A stretch of 64,000 nucleotides of DNA, taken from positions 32,001 through 96,000 of the IMG/VR virus record IMGVR_UViG_3300032267_001142. One strand, given 5' to 3'. Numbering within the stretch: position 1 is the stretch's first letter; each line of letters begins with the position of its first letter. The position numbers and the translations under genes were made by a program. Source of the DNA: a virus. Shown piece after piece: positions 9,124 to 18,263 of the stretch. The notes beneath the pieces are model-generated. The model saw nothing but the letters and a program-made list of their open reading frames with translations. It searched no databases and was not told where the DNA came from.

Positions 9124-9810
9124 ATGAATCCAGCTACGACGCCAGCATATATTCGCACCTACACCACGTTTCTGAATTTAGCAGAGAACGATAGCGGTTC
9201 ACCTAATACCGACTACCGCTCTGTGTATATTTACGCAGACGGTAATAATAGTCGTAAGCAAGTTACTCTAGCAAGAGGATTTACGCAGGACGGTGGCAAT
9301 TTATGGAAAGTTTTGCAGCGCTATATCCAGAAGGGCGGAGATAGGTCTCAGTTTTTCGCAGCGTATAAGTCAAAGATGGGTAGCGCCGTTCTGTATAAGG
9401 ACTCTGCCTTTATTAAGGCGTTGCGCGATTCTTCTATTGAGCAGAAAATGAAAGACGCTCAAGATGAGGTTTTCAATGAGGTTTACCTTTCTCCGGCGCT
9501 TAGTTGGGCAGAGAATAACGGGTTTAAGCTTCCTCTTTCTTATGCTGTTGCCGTGGACTCATATCTGCACAGCGGAAAAATGAGTGACAGAGTCACAAAA
9601 AGAATGTCACAGAAAACCCCAAGCAAGGGTGGCGACGAAAAGGCTTGGATAACTGAGTATTTGAAGATTCGATTAAGCTGGTTCGCTGGAGCCTCTGGCG
9701 CGCTCAAAACTTGCACGTTTCGTCCTAAGTTTTTCTTGGGTGAGATAGATAAGGGCAATTGGAATATGTCCTGTCCGCTATCCGTTACTGGAAAAGGCAA
9801 GATTTGCTAA
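9124..9810 (+). CDS. Endolysin, chitosanase (GH46)/lysozyme-like fold
   Basis: LAENDS...YADG...VTLARGFTQDGGNL parallels the GH46 catalytic Glu/Asp region; AVDSYLHSG helix motif. Confidence 0.65.
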   Translation: MNPATTPAYIRTYTTFLNLAENDSGSPNTDYRSVYIYADGNNSRKQVTLARGFTQDGGNLWKVLQRYIQKGGDRSQFFAAYKSKMGSAVLYKDSAFIKALRDSSIEQKMKDAQDEVFNEVYLSPALSWAENNGFKLPLSYAVAVDSYLHSGKMSDRVTKRMSQKTPSKGGDEKAWITEYLKIRLSWFAGASGALKTCTFRPKFFLGEIDKGNWNMSCPLSVTGKGKIC

Positions 9811-9831
9811 TTTCCCTCTGAAGCCTATTAA

Positions 9832-9838
9832 GTGTAAC
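9832..9838 (+). promoter_or_regulatory. Putative late promoter GTGTAAC (head operon)
   Basis: Intergenic, 16 nt from motif start to ATG 9848. Confidence 0.55.
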
Positions 9839-9847
9839 TCCTGCTAT

Positions 9848-10237
9848 ATGAACATTCCTGAAGTAATTAAAGATTCCATCTCCCAGCTAGCTAAACTCCA
9901 AGCTGTCGTTTCCAAGATTCCTGGATATCAGACTCAAGCCGACTGCTGCATCGCGGAGTGCGATTCGGAAGAACGCCCCGAGGTGTCTTATGAAGACCTC
10001 AATCGCGTTTATCGTTACATCGACGAAATGACGAAGTATTTGTCTGACCGACTGTCTTCTTTGCAGGAATCATTCTGGACCCACAAGGAACAAGGTCATC
10101 TTCCCGCTATTCTTAGTCCTTCTTTGATGAAAGACGCACTCAAGGCCATTGGACTAGACGGCGATTACGAAGTTCAAAAGAAGGTCGTGTATGCTAGCAC
10201 TGGAGAACCTGTCGAGACTATTCTCTCAATCAAGTAA
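9848..10237 (+). CDS. Hypothetical protein
   Basis: 129-aa ORF abutting the protease start. Confidence 0.6.
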   Translation: MNIPEVIKDSISQLAKLQAVVSKIPGYQTQADCCIAECDSEERPEVSYEDLNRVYRYIDEMTKYLSDRLSSLQESFWTHKEQGHLPAILSPSLMKDALKAIGLDGDYEVQKKVVYASTGEPVETILSIK

Positions 10238-11743
10238 GTGAAAGACCCAGAAAGCTACAAATACAAAGCTCGGTTCTCCGCCTCACTTAGATGTGATGCG
10301 GATTTCGGTGGTCTCGCGGATAAAAAGCTTTCGATAGCCTCTTTAGATGGGCTCTCTAAAATCCTTCCTACTTACGAAAAGGTCGACGACTTTCAAGACC
10401 TTCTTCCTGTAGTAGGAAACGCTTGCGTTATTAACTACGCGAATCTTCGAGACGAGATGGTCGATACCGCAACCGGTCTCAACCTGAAAAGATGCTTCGC
10501 TAATAAGTTCATGAACGTCGAGCACGACCGCAAAACGGTCGTCGGCCACTGGAAAGACGCTTTTTATACAAAGTTTCATCCTGAATATAGATTAGGCAAA
10601 GGCTCTGAGATTATTCCAGACGAAGAAATTGAGGGAATGACCGAGCCTTTCAATATCGCCCTATCGGGATTCGTTTATGGAGTGGCTTATCCCGCGCTAG
10701 CTAAACAAATAGTAATAGCGAACGACCCTGACAGCGAAGATTACTTGAGTATATGTATTTCTTGGGAATTAGCTTTTGATTCCTATAGCATCGCTTTGGG
10801 TTCGTCTAGGAAGTTGTCTGATTGTGAAATTCTAACTTCGGAAGCTGATATAGAAAAATACACCCCATATCTTATCACCGAAGGCGGAAGAGGTGTCGCG
10901 CCTGATGGACGCAGAGTATTCAAGCTCATCAATAACGGCGTGTTGCCTCTCGGGGCGGCTTTGACTTATCAACCAGCCGCACAAGTAGCCGGTCTCGTAG
11001 CTGATGCTCCCAATAAAAAACTTACTACAGACGCAAATATAATTGAGGATTCTTCAAAAAACATTTCCCAAGAACATCCTGAGCTTGTAATGACTAATAG
11101 CACAATGAACACTCTCAATTCTCTAGCCGACATTAAGGCACTTACCGAAGAAGACGCAAAGCAGTATACTCTCGCTAGCGTTAAGGGCCTAATCGAAACA
11201 GAAATTCAGCAACTAGTCGAAGCTCACGACAAGAAGGCTCAAGAAGAAGCCCAACGCGCCGCTACTGCCGAAAAGAAAGCAAATGAAGCGCTCGCAAGTT
11301 TGGGTTCACTTAAGTCCGAACTCGAAGCACTCAAGCTCGCCGAAGCGCAGCGAGCCGCCGCAGAAGCTTTTAATAACCGCATGTCGGCTCTTGATGAGTC
11401 CTTCGTATTGACAGTTCCTCAGAGGACTGCCATCGCAAGCCAAATCAAAGACCTCGACGAAACTCAGTTCTCGAACTGGAAGACTTCCGTTTTTGAACCT
11501 TTCGCAGTAAAGCGCGAAGCGGTCGTAACGAAGAGCCAGACTGTCGCTTCCGTTACCGCTCCGATTCCTCCAGTAGCCGACGTCAGAAGTGTCGCCGCAG
11601 AAGCGGTCGCCGCAGTCCAACAGCCAGCGACTCCAGTTGTCGCAATCGCTGCCGCTCAGGCTCCAGAACCAATTTCCGAAACTCTTCGCAAGGCTTTTTC
11701 AACCGAAGCTGGCGGAGGTCTCACAATCGTAACCAGAAACTAA
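10238..11743 (+). CDS. Prohead protease-scaffold fusion
   Basis: N-terminal protease-like region (MNVEHDRKTVVGH, ICISWEL), C-terminal Ala/Glu/Lys coiled coil; precedes the capsid genes. Confidence 0.7.
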   Translation: MKDPESYKYKARFSASLRCDADFGGLADKKLSIASLDGLSKILPTYEKVDDFQDLLPVVGNACVINYANLRDEMVDTATGLNLKRCFANKFMNVEHDRKTVVGHWKDAFYTKFHPEYRLGKGSEIIPDEEIEGMTEPFNIALSGFVYGVAYPALAKQIVIANDPDSEDYLSICISWELAFDSYSIALGSSRKLSDCEILTSEADIEKYTPYLITEGGRGVAPDGRRVFKLINNGVLPLGAALTYQPAAQVAGLVADAPNKKLTTDANIIEDSSKNISQEHPELVMTNSTMNTLNSLADIKALTEEDAKQYTLASVKGLIETEIQQLVEAHDKKAQEEAQRAATAEKKANEALASLGSLKSELEALKLAEAQRAAAEAFNNRMSALDESFVLTVPQRTAIASQIKDLDETQFSNWKTSVFEPFAVKREAVVTKSQTVASVTAPIPPVADVRSVAAEAVAAVQQPATPVVAIAAAQAPEPISETLRKAFSTEAGGGLTIVTRN

Positions 11744-11768
11744 TAACACACTTTAGCAATATCCCATT

Positions 11769-12320
11769 ATGAAAATCCGTCCTCTAAACGACTACTCCGA
11801 ACACGACGTTATCAACTTTTTCGCGCTTGACACCGCGACTGGTGCCGCAGGCACTCTGGTCAAGGTCAAGGGCTCGGGCTTCTTGAACGACGCTAACCTC
11901 ACGATTAGCCAAGATATGTCCACCATCAAGAACGCCTATATCCCTCGTTGGGAAGTGCCTCACAAGGTAACTCGCGTTTCTAGCGGCGAACTTCCTCTCG
12001 GATTCCTGCGCTTTGAAGTCAAGGAAGTCAACTTCGAGGGCGTCTCCTTTAAGCACGACCCTACCCGCAAGGCCGAAGCTCAGGTCGTCTGCTCTGGCGA
12101 AGCAGTTCCGGTAGTAAGAAAGGGTCTGTTCCTCGTTGGCGACTGGCCATCCGGCCAAGTTCCTCTTCCGGGCAAGGCCGTCGTCGCTCTCGACAATGGT
12201 GATTGGGGTGTTCGCTCCGCGAGCGCTTCCGGTGACGCAAATGTCTTCGGTCAGTGCCTTGGCGCACTCGATTCAAAGGGCGACGCGCTGGTCGTTGTCG
12301 ACTTCAACCGCGCTCGTTAA
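11769..12320 (+). CDS. Capsid decoration/cement protein
   Basis: Between scaffold and MCP; small beta-rich protein (GEAVPVVRKG, FGQCLG). Confidence 0.6.
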   Translation: MKIRPLNDYSEHDVINFFALDTATGAAGTLVKVKGSGFLNDANLTISQDMSTIKNAYIPRWEVPHKVTRVSSGELPLGFLRFEVKEVNFEGVSFKHDPTRKAEAQVVCSGEAVPVVRKGLFLVGDWPSGQVPLPGKAVVALDNGDWGVRSASASGDANVFGQCLGALDSKGDALVVVDFNRAR

Positions 12321-12354
12321 TCTTAACAACTTACGCTCTTAGAAAAACAAAAAT

Positions 12355-13491
12355 ATGAAAATCCAATTCAATAAGTCTCCCGAACAGTTGCAGCTCATCG
12401 CCGCGATGGGCCACAAGGACAAGGCTATCTCCGTTCCCGCACAGGAAACGTTTGCTAACCTGCTCGCTCCCACCCTTGGCAAAGTGTTCTCTCAGGCCGA
12501 TACGTCTACCGCGTTTTATCGCGATATGCCATTCGCCGCTGACAGTGACCCGACCTTCCCTCTGGAACTCTTCACTGACACCCCTGAAGGATACTTCTCT
12601 ATCTGGTCTCAGGCGATGCCGGGCGGTCTTCCTACTAACACCGTTCACCAGCCAATCGAGGAAGTTCGTTTCCACACCTACAATCTCGATACTGCGGTGT
12701 CCTATCTAGCGAAGTATGCTCGTCAGACCCGTCTGCCGGTCATCGCTCGCGCTCTTGAGCGTCTGGTGAATACCGTGCTCGTCAAGACGCAGGGTAACGC
12801 TTGGATGGTTCTCTTCGCTGCTCTCGCAAAGGCGGAAACAAACGCAAAGAAGCACGTCTGGGCTTCTGAAAACGCTGGAGCTTTCAGCTTGACTGACTAC
12901 AACAAGTTGCTGACCTTCTTCCGCAGGCTGAACCGCTCTTGGGCAGGCGGAACTCCTGTTGGAGTTTCCTCTCGTCCAACTGACTTGGTGATTTCACCAG
13001 AAGTCATGGAAAGTTTCCGTGCGCTGGCTTACAACCCAGTCAACAGCAAGGGCGCTAACAACGTCGCTGGAACTCAATATTCGGGCGTCGTCGCCCTGCC
13101 TGACGAAGAGCGTAAGAAAATCTTCGCTACCGCACAGGCTCCTGAGTTCTTCGGTGTGAACCTGATTGAGCTTGTCGAACTCGGCAAGGGGATGCCTTAC
13201 AACATCCTGTTCAAGAACCAGATTGGTTCAACGGCCATCGCTAAGCTTGACCCAGCCGTCGCCGGAACGGTTACCTTCGATAAGGACGCTAATGAAGTCC
13301 TTCTAGCAATCGACGGAAGCCAAGATTTCGCCTACCGCGCAATCCAAGAAGACGCAGAAACGGGAAGCACCTTCTCGCTTCAGCCTGACGACCAGTTCAC
13401 GTCACGCAGCGGCAAAATCGGTCAGGTCGGCGGAATCACTGAGGGTCGTATGGTCCTCAACGCCCGTCCTCTGGTCGGTCTGGTTCTCTAA
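12355..13491 (+). CDS. Major capsid protein (HK97 fold expected)
   Basis: 378 aa, position, DLVISPE motif, followed by a strong terminator. Confidence 0.8.
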   Translation: MKIQFNKSPEQLQLIAAMGHKDKAISVPAQETFANLLAPTLGKVFSQADTSTAFYRDMPFAADSDPTFPLELFTDTPEGYFSIWSQAMPGGLPTNTVHQPIEEVRFHTYNLDTAVSYLAKYARQTRLPVIARALERLVNTVLVKTQGNAWMVLFAALAKAETNAKKHVWASENAGAFSLTDYNKLLTFFRRLNRSWAGGTPVGVSSRPTDLVISPEVMESFRALAYNPVNSKGANNVAGTQYSGVVALPDEERKKIFATAQAPEFFGVNLIELVELGKGMPYNILFKNQIGSTAIAKLDPAVAGTVTFDKDANEVLLAIDGSQDFAYRAIQEDAETGSTFSLQPDDQFTSRSGKIGQVGGITEGRMVLNARPLVGLVL

Positions 13492-13520
13492 GTTAAGAAC
13501 GGTTTCTCAAAAACATCACA

Positions 13521-13550
13521 AAAGCCGCCCTTCGGGCGGCTTTTTGTTTT
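13521..13550 (+). terminator. Rho-independent terminator after MCP
   Basis: AAAGCCGCCC-TTC-GGGCGGCTTT hairpin followed by a T-tract. Confidence 0.9.
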
Positions 13551-13568
13551 CCCTATTATAGTCTTTTC

Positions 13569-13575
13569 GTGTAAA
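13569..13575 (+). promoter_or_regulatory. Putative late promoter GTGTAAA
   Basis: Directly after the terminator, 32 nt from motif start to ATG 13601. Confidence 0.65.
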
Positions 13576-13600
13576 GCCCTCGAACACAAGGAATCAAATT

Positions 13601-13978
13601 ATGAAAAGGTCATCAATCAAAGAAAAGAAGCAAACCAACGGTAAAAAGGAAGTAGGCCCAACAGCAAGAACACTAGAAGAGCTTATCAAGGGGCCTTCGA
13701 CAGGAAGGTTCTCCGCTAAAACTGAAGAGGAGTTTAAGGGCGAGCTGAATTTGATGAACATAATCGACATCCAGAGGGAGGCTATTAGAGTGGGTCTACA
13801 GCCTCATACGAATCGCGTTAAGATGATTGAACTTCTGTTGCGCGAATTCCGCAGAGATGCGGCGCTAGTAGCTACGGCAGGAGAGTTCGAGAGGGTGAAC
13901 TCTATCGCTACGAGCAATAAGGTTCCTGACGAGCTGCGAAGATTTCTTGAAACAATTGGCGGCAACGCTTTGGCATAA
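13601..13978 (+). CDS. Hypothetical protein (head-neck region)
   Basis: 125-aa ORF. Confidence 0.55.
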   Translation: MKRSSIKEKKQTNGKKEVGPTARTLEELIKGPSTGRFSAKTEEEFKGELNLMNIIDIQREAIRVGLQPHTNRVKMIELLLREFRRDAALVATAGEFERVNSIATSNKVPDELRRFLETIGGNALA

Positions 13979-13980
13979 AG

Positions 13981-14295
13981 ATGCGTCTCGACCTGTCTTG
14001 CTATTTTTTGCTTCCGTTTTCGGCTAGAGTTCTCGTCACTGGGGACTCTGGACTTCCGATAAATCTGAGCGGATATAGTGGATGTATCGGGGACATCTTC
14101 CCTCAGTATGGAGAATCGGCTATAGCAGCACTTAACTGTTCCATTCCTTCGGGAGTATCTGGAGCTTTAGACTTGAGCTTTGCTACCGGAATTTATACAG
14201 GAGTGCCGCCTTCTGAACATCGTTATTTCGTAGATGCCACTAGCGGAAACTTGACTGAGCGTCTTTTAGAGGGATATTTTCGAGTCCTTCCTTAA
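13981..14295 (+). CDS. Small Ig-like virion protein (BppU N-terminal-like)
   Basis: GLPINLSGY...RYFVD...RLLEGYFRVLP pattern. Confidence 0.45.
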   Translation: MRLDLSCYFLLPFSARVLVTGDSGLPINLSGYSGCIGDIFPQYGESAIAALNCSIPSGVSGALDLSFATGIYTGVPPSEHRYFVDATSGNLTERLLEGYFRVLP

Positions 14296-14309
14296 TTTTG
14301 GCCGTCTAG

Positions 14310-14316
14310 GTGTAAA
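14310..14316 (+). promoter_or_regulatory. Putative late promoter GTGTAAA (neck operon)
   Basis: Intergenic, 15 nt from motif start to ATG 14325. Confidence 0.65.
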
Positions 14317-14324
14317 GAGAAGAT

Positions 14325-14819
14325 ATGAACGTTGCATCTTTAGCCGACCAAATACACAGAGAACTCGACTCCCCCGATGATGTTTCCATTGCGAGTTTGA
14401 TTTTTTGGCTGCGAACCAATCTAGGCAGATTGAATAGCAGGCTAGAGATATCATTAGCGATAGACGATGGCGGCGAATTCAGCGGGGATTATTCGATTGA
14501 AGCTTGCGACGTTTACAAGGAGATGTATAAGTTGAATTATTATACAAGAAAGACGGCTGCGCACGCAGGCGCAGCAGGTTACGACTCGTCAATATTGGAA
14601 ATGAAAGAGGGCGATGTAACAGTGAAAAAGGTTAACAGAAATGAAATCGCTAAAGTCTTTCTTAGTCTGAAAAGAGATACTGAGGCTGGGTTAGACAGGC
14701 TAGTCGGGACGTTTAAGCTCAATGCCGCTAAACCGATTCAGGTGGCCGGTGAGTTGCCTTATACTGAGGTTTTTAACTACATTGGAGAGGATAGGCGCAG
14801 TCGTCGCGATTTTTACTAA
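14325..14819 (+). CDS. Head-tail adaptor candidate
   Basis: Helical 164-aa protein with SILEMKEGDVTVKKV; synteny. Confidence 0.5.
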   Translation: MNVASLADQIHRELDSPDDVSIASLIFWLRTNLGRLNSRLEISLAIDDGGEFSGDYSIEACDVYKEMYKLNYYTRKTAAHAGAAGYDSSILEMKEGDVTVKKVNRNEIAKVFLSLKRDTEAGLDRLVGTFKLNAAKPIQVAGELPYTEVFNYIGEDRRSRRDFY

Positions 14820-14820
14820 A

Positions 14821-15267
14821 ATGACGTTTTCCACTTCTGAAAAAGCTGAAGTCGAAGCCATGCGACATGCGGCGTTTGAGTTCAAAAGAGAGCAGATTCT
14901 AGTTTGGTCCGAACCGGAGACTTCTAGTATTTCCGACGGCCCGTCTCTTAATTTCGCATATAGCGAGGAGAATATCTCAGAAGGCGTAACGAAAACGTAC
15001 TCTCCGGTCTCGACCGCTATTTGGGCAACAGTCCAACCCGCTAATCTTATGAAGGAATCGGAGGTTATCGGGCAAATCGGAGAGGCGAGATTCATAAAGT
15101 CAAAAAACTTAACAAAGATAAACATCGAAAGCTCGAATTTAGACTTAGTAAGCAAAAGCGAATCAATCTCATTGAATGGAAAGCATTACGTTATTGTGGC
15201 TGGACCTACGCGACGCAAGATTTTGGGTGCGGAATATTATGATTTTTGGATAGACATCGAAGCTTAA
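14821..15267 (+). CDS. Head-closure/stopper candidate
   Basis: ATG 14821 follows the upstream stop; beta-rich, ISLNGKHYVIV; synteny. Confidence 0.5.
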   Translation: MTFSTSEKAEVEAMRHAAFEFKREQILVWSEPETSSISDGPSLNFAYSEENISEGVTKTYSPVSTAIWATVQPANLMKESEVIGQIGEARFIKSKNLTKINIESSNLDLVSKSESISLNGKHYVIVAGPTRRKILGAEYYDFWIDIEA

Positions 15268-15268
15268 A

Positions 15269-15853
15269 ATGGCCAAAATTGATTACCAGTCATTAATGAA
15301 CTCGCTGAACGCGAACGGTCTGCCGGAGTCTTTACTAGCCCAGACCTATCGCGGTAAGTTTGATTTGGCCAAAAAGAATTTGATTAGAGACTTCTTGGCG
15401 CACCCAGTCACGCAAGAAATCCTAGCTGGTCCTACCGCGTCGAACATATCGGGAACACTAAACGGTCGAGGAAACCTGTTCTCTTTTATTGGATTTCCTG
15501 AAGGAAGTAAGCCTATTAATGATGTTTTGTCCGCCATAGAGCAAGGACTCACGCTACGACCCTTCACGAAAAAGGTAGGAATCCGTAATATCGCCATATC
15601 TTATAGCATCAAAATACCTCTTGAAGAGATTGAAGACGCGTCTCCTCTACCGTTCGAGCCGGGACTATCGTGGGTTACAGGAATAGAAGAAGGTATTTCC
15701 GGATTCGGCAGCTACGTTTCACTGATAAAGAAAGCAGGAAGCTCGCGTTCTGGATACGGAATTCAAAGCGACTCGGCAAAATTGCCGGGCGAGTTTCACA
15801 CGCGTCCATACATGAGCGTTCTTTTTAATAGTTTGCTGGAGGCTTTAGAATAA
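15269..15853 (+). CDS. Neck/tail completion protein candidate
   Basis: Synteny; SWVTGIEEG and C-terminal TRPYM motif. Confidence 0.45.
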   Translation: MAKIDYQSLMNSLNANGLPESLLAQTYRGKFDLAKKNLIRDFLAHPVTQEILAGPTASNISGTLNGRGNLFSFIGFPEGSKPINDVLSAIEQGLTLRPFTKKVGIRNIAISYSIKIPLEEIEDASPLPFEPGLSWVTGIEEGISGFGSYVSLIKKAGSSRSGYGIQSDSAKLPGEFHTRPYMSVLFNSLLEALE

Positions 15854-15855
15854 AT

Positions 15856-16731
15856 ATGAAAGAGAATTTTGATGTACTACTTAAAGCCTCGATTGGTTTG
15901 TGGGTCGACTATGTACTCTGCGATTTAGGTAAAGCCTTTAAGACCGAAACGTCTAATTTCCAAAAAGTGTCAACTAAAATTGGCGGCTACGACGCGTTCA
16001 AATGTCGCAGAAATCAGTTAGTTTATGATGAGTCGATAGATGGCGTTACCGTGCCGAAGGCGGCAACCATAAACGGAGTATCGACAAACCTTCATGTTGG
16101 ACAAATCTCAGGAAGTTCTGATAATATCTTGGATTACAATAACGGTAGGGTATTGGTAAAAAAGTCTAACGCTGTTGCCTCCGTGTCTGCGACTTACAGC
16201 TATAAAGAGGTCGAAGTTCGTTTTTCGTCTTTGACCGAGGCCCAACTAGTATTCCAAGACAAATACGCGTCTACATTCCGAGACGAAGAGAAGCTTCCCG
16301 ACACTGAAAAGCAAACCGCTGGACCTATCATTTACATAAAATACTCCGCTGGCGAAAATGCCCCTTGGTGCCTCGGCGGAGTTGATAAAACAGAAACAAA
16401 GGCTCGCCTAGTGTTTCTGTCTCAAGACTCTTATCTATTTGATGGCGTCTGTGGTCTTTTCAGAGACCAAGAGAAAAAGATGATGTCCGTTTTCCCTTCA
16501 AATCTGCTACCATTTAACGCGCTAGGAGGTCTGAAATACGTCAATGCCGGATTGACTTTTGACTATTCTGCCGCCCTGCAAGCTAACTTGCAAGCCAATA
16601 CCAATCTCTGCGAGGTTAGCAAGGTCAGGATTTCCGAATTCGGAGAGGATGTCAACCATCTAATCGGCCCAGAAGTCCGTGGGGGCTTTATTGATGTGAA
16701 TATATCAGCACTAAGGACTCCTAGACTATAA
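15856..16731 (+). CDS. Tail terminator candidate
   Basis: Immediately upstream of the tail tube; GPIIYIKY and GGFIDVNI strands. Confidence 0.45.
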   Translation: MKENFDVLLKASIGLWVDYVLCDLGKAFKTETSNFQKVSTKIGGYDAFKCRRNQLVYDESIDGVTVPKAATINGVSTNLHVGQISGSSDNILDYNNGRVLVKKSNAVASVSATYSYKEVEVRFSSLTEAQLVFQDKYASTFRDEEKLPDTEKQTAGPIIYIKYSAGENAPWCLGGVDKTETKARLVFLSQDSYLFDGVCGLFRDQEKKMMSVFPSNLLPFNALGGLKYVNAGLTFDYSAALQANLQANTNLCEVSKVRISEFGEDVNHLIGPEVRGGFIDVNISALRTPRL

Positions 16732-16756
16732 AAATCTTTCACATTGCCTCTTCTTC

Positions 16757-16763
16757 GTGTAAA
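16757..16763 (+). promoter_or_regulatory. Putative late promoter GTGTAAA (tail tube)
   Basis: Intergenic, 46 nt from motif start to ATG 16803. Confidence 0.6.
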
Positions 16764-16802
16764 TGTTTCGTAACTTACAATTTCGTACAAGTTTAACCTC
16801 TT

Positions 16803-17846
16803 ATGTCACAGCGCCAAATTTATAACCAGCAAGCCGTTTTCGTCACCAATTCCCCTGCAACTGGGGCGGTCACAAGTATTTCCCAGCTACACCGTATTAC
16901 GGCCTGTAACTGGTCCGACTCGATTGCTCGTGAAGACATTAACCAAGCCGGTCAGCTAGCCGCTCTTGACCGTATCATTCTGAACGCTCCGTCAGTGTCT
17001 CTCGACCTGAATTACCATGTCGCCGGTATTTGGAACGAAACCGCAGTTGGTTTCCGCACGGATGCGGTAGCTAACGCTATCTCTTATTTGATTGACGGAA
17101 CGCAATCCGACAAGAACTACTTGGTGAGATTGGTTCCCGAGGGTAACGACGCTGTCGGTTACACCGGAACGGACGGAGGGGTTATCGGTTTCGGCAACGC
17201 TTTCATTTCTTCTTACAGCACCCAAGGAGCCGTCGGAGCTATTCCTTCGGCCTCGCTAAGACTCGAAGCTTCGCACGTCAAATACGACGTTAGCTCTAGC
17301 GGTATCATCACTCCCGCCGTAAACGTTACGAACGGACAGCTACTAGCTCACACTCTTACTGTTCCTACTGCAAAGACCGGAGAGGCAGGACAGTTGTCGG
17401 CGCTTCAACCGGGTCAAATCGTAGTGAACGTTTCTGGCGCGTTCGGTATTCAGAATCACTGTATCCAGAGCTATAATCTTGGCCTTGATATGAGACGCGA
17501 GCCCCTTCAGTGCCTCGGTTCCCGTTTCCCATTCGCTCGTGTTGTAACTTTCCCTGTTACGGCGAGCTTGGATATCGAAACTAACGTTCAGGATTTCGGA
17601 ACTGGCTCGCTGGCCGATATCATCTGCAACGACCGTTCTTACGACCTCTCAGTGACGCTTTATGCTCCTTCCTGCACCGGATACGGCGTAATGAAGGCGC
17701 GCTATACCCTCAAGGGCGCTAAGCTGGACTCGCAGAACATCTCGACCTCTATCGGACCTAACACGAGAGCCTCTCTCAAGTATTCCGCTCAGGTCGGTGG
17801 CCCTCAAGACACGACTCGCGGTCTATTCATCGACGGCTCTAACTAA
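16803..17846 (+). CDS. Major tail (tube) protein
   Basis: 347 aa, beta-rich, REPLQCLG...FPVTASLD motif; own promoter and terminator like the MCP. Confidence 0.75.
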   Translation: MSQRQIYNQQAVFVTNSPATGAVTSISQLHRITACNWSDSIAREDINQAGQLAALDRIILNAPSVSLDLNYHVAGIWNETAVGFRTDAVANAISYLIDGTQSDKNYLVRLVPEGNDAVGYTGTDGGVIGFGNAFISSYSTQGAVGAIPSASLRLEASHVKYDVSSSGIITPAVNVTNGQLLAHTLTVPTAKTGEAGQLSALQPGQIVVNVSGAFGIQNHCIQSYNLGLDMRREPLQCLGSRFPFARVVTFPVTASLDIETNVQDFGTGSLADIICNDRSYDLSVTLYAPSCTGYGVMKARYTLKGAKLDSQNISTSIGPNTRASLKYSAQVGGPQDTTRGLFIDGSN

Positions 17847-17873
17847 GAGTCAAAAGGTTAAATTCAAAAAAGC

Positions 17874-17899
17874 AAGCGGCTTATGGCCGCTTTCTTTTT
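17874..17899 (+). terminator. Rho-independent terminator after tail tube
   Basis: AAGCGGC-TTATG-GCCGCTT hairpin then TCTTTTT. Confidence 0.8.
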
Positions 17900-17926
17900 G
17901 TACTTATTTCCCGCCAGAGATTTTTT

Positions 17927-17933
17927 GTGTAAT
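17927..17933 (+). promoter_or_regulatory. Putative late promoter GTGTAAT
   Basis: After the terminator, 29 nt from motif start to ATG 17956. Confidence 0.6.
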
Positions 17934-17955
17934 ACCGTACGGTAAAAGGAACATT

Positions 17956-18249
17956 ATGAGCGATAATCTCAAAGCAAAGGAACTTTGCCTATTTCAAATT
18001 AGGCAGCAGGTGTCTTCGATTTATAAATACTATCTTTCTTGTCTGGAGGATTTGTATATCGAACACCAAGAAATCTTGTCGAAAATCAACGCGTCGCTTC
18101 CTGACGGCTCAGGTGTGAACGTCGAGGCAGTTGATAGCTTCACGGAGAATAAGTTCAAGCATCTAAGAAAGAGGGTTTTGGATTATGGCAATGATGCGAT
18201 TCGTGGTCTTAGCGACCAAATTCTAAGATTCAAGATAGACTTTCAATAA
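17956..18249 (+). CDS. Hypothetical helical protein
   Basis: True start probably ATG 17956 (AAGGA upstream); the 17797 extension spans the terminator. Confidence 0.6.
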   Translation: MSDNLKAKELCLFQIRQQVSSIYKYYLSCLEDLYIEHQEILSKINASLPDGSGVNVEAVDSFTENKFKHLRKRVLDYGNDAIRGLSDQILRFKIDFQ

Positions 18250-18263
18250 CAAGGTATAAGAAC

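Noticed and set aside
13601-17846. Search for a contractile tail sheath gene
   Set aside because: No ORF of suitable size or motif between neck and tube; myovirus morphology not supported in this window
17797-17955. 5' extension of ORF 17797-18249
   Set aside because: Overlaps the tail tube end, its terminator and a promoter motif; ATG 17956 has an SD-like AAGGA
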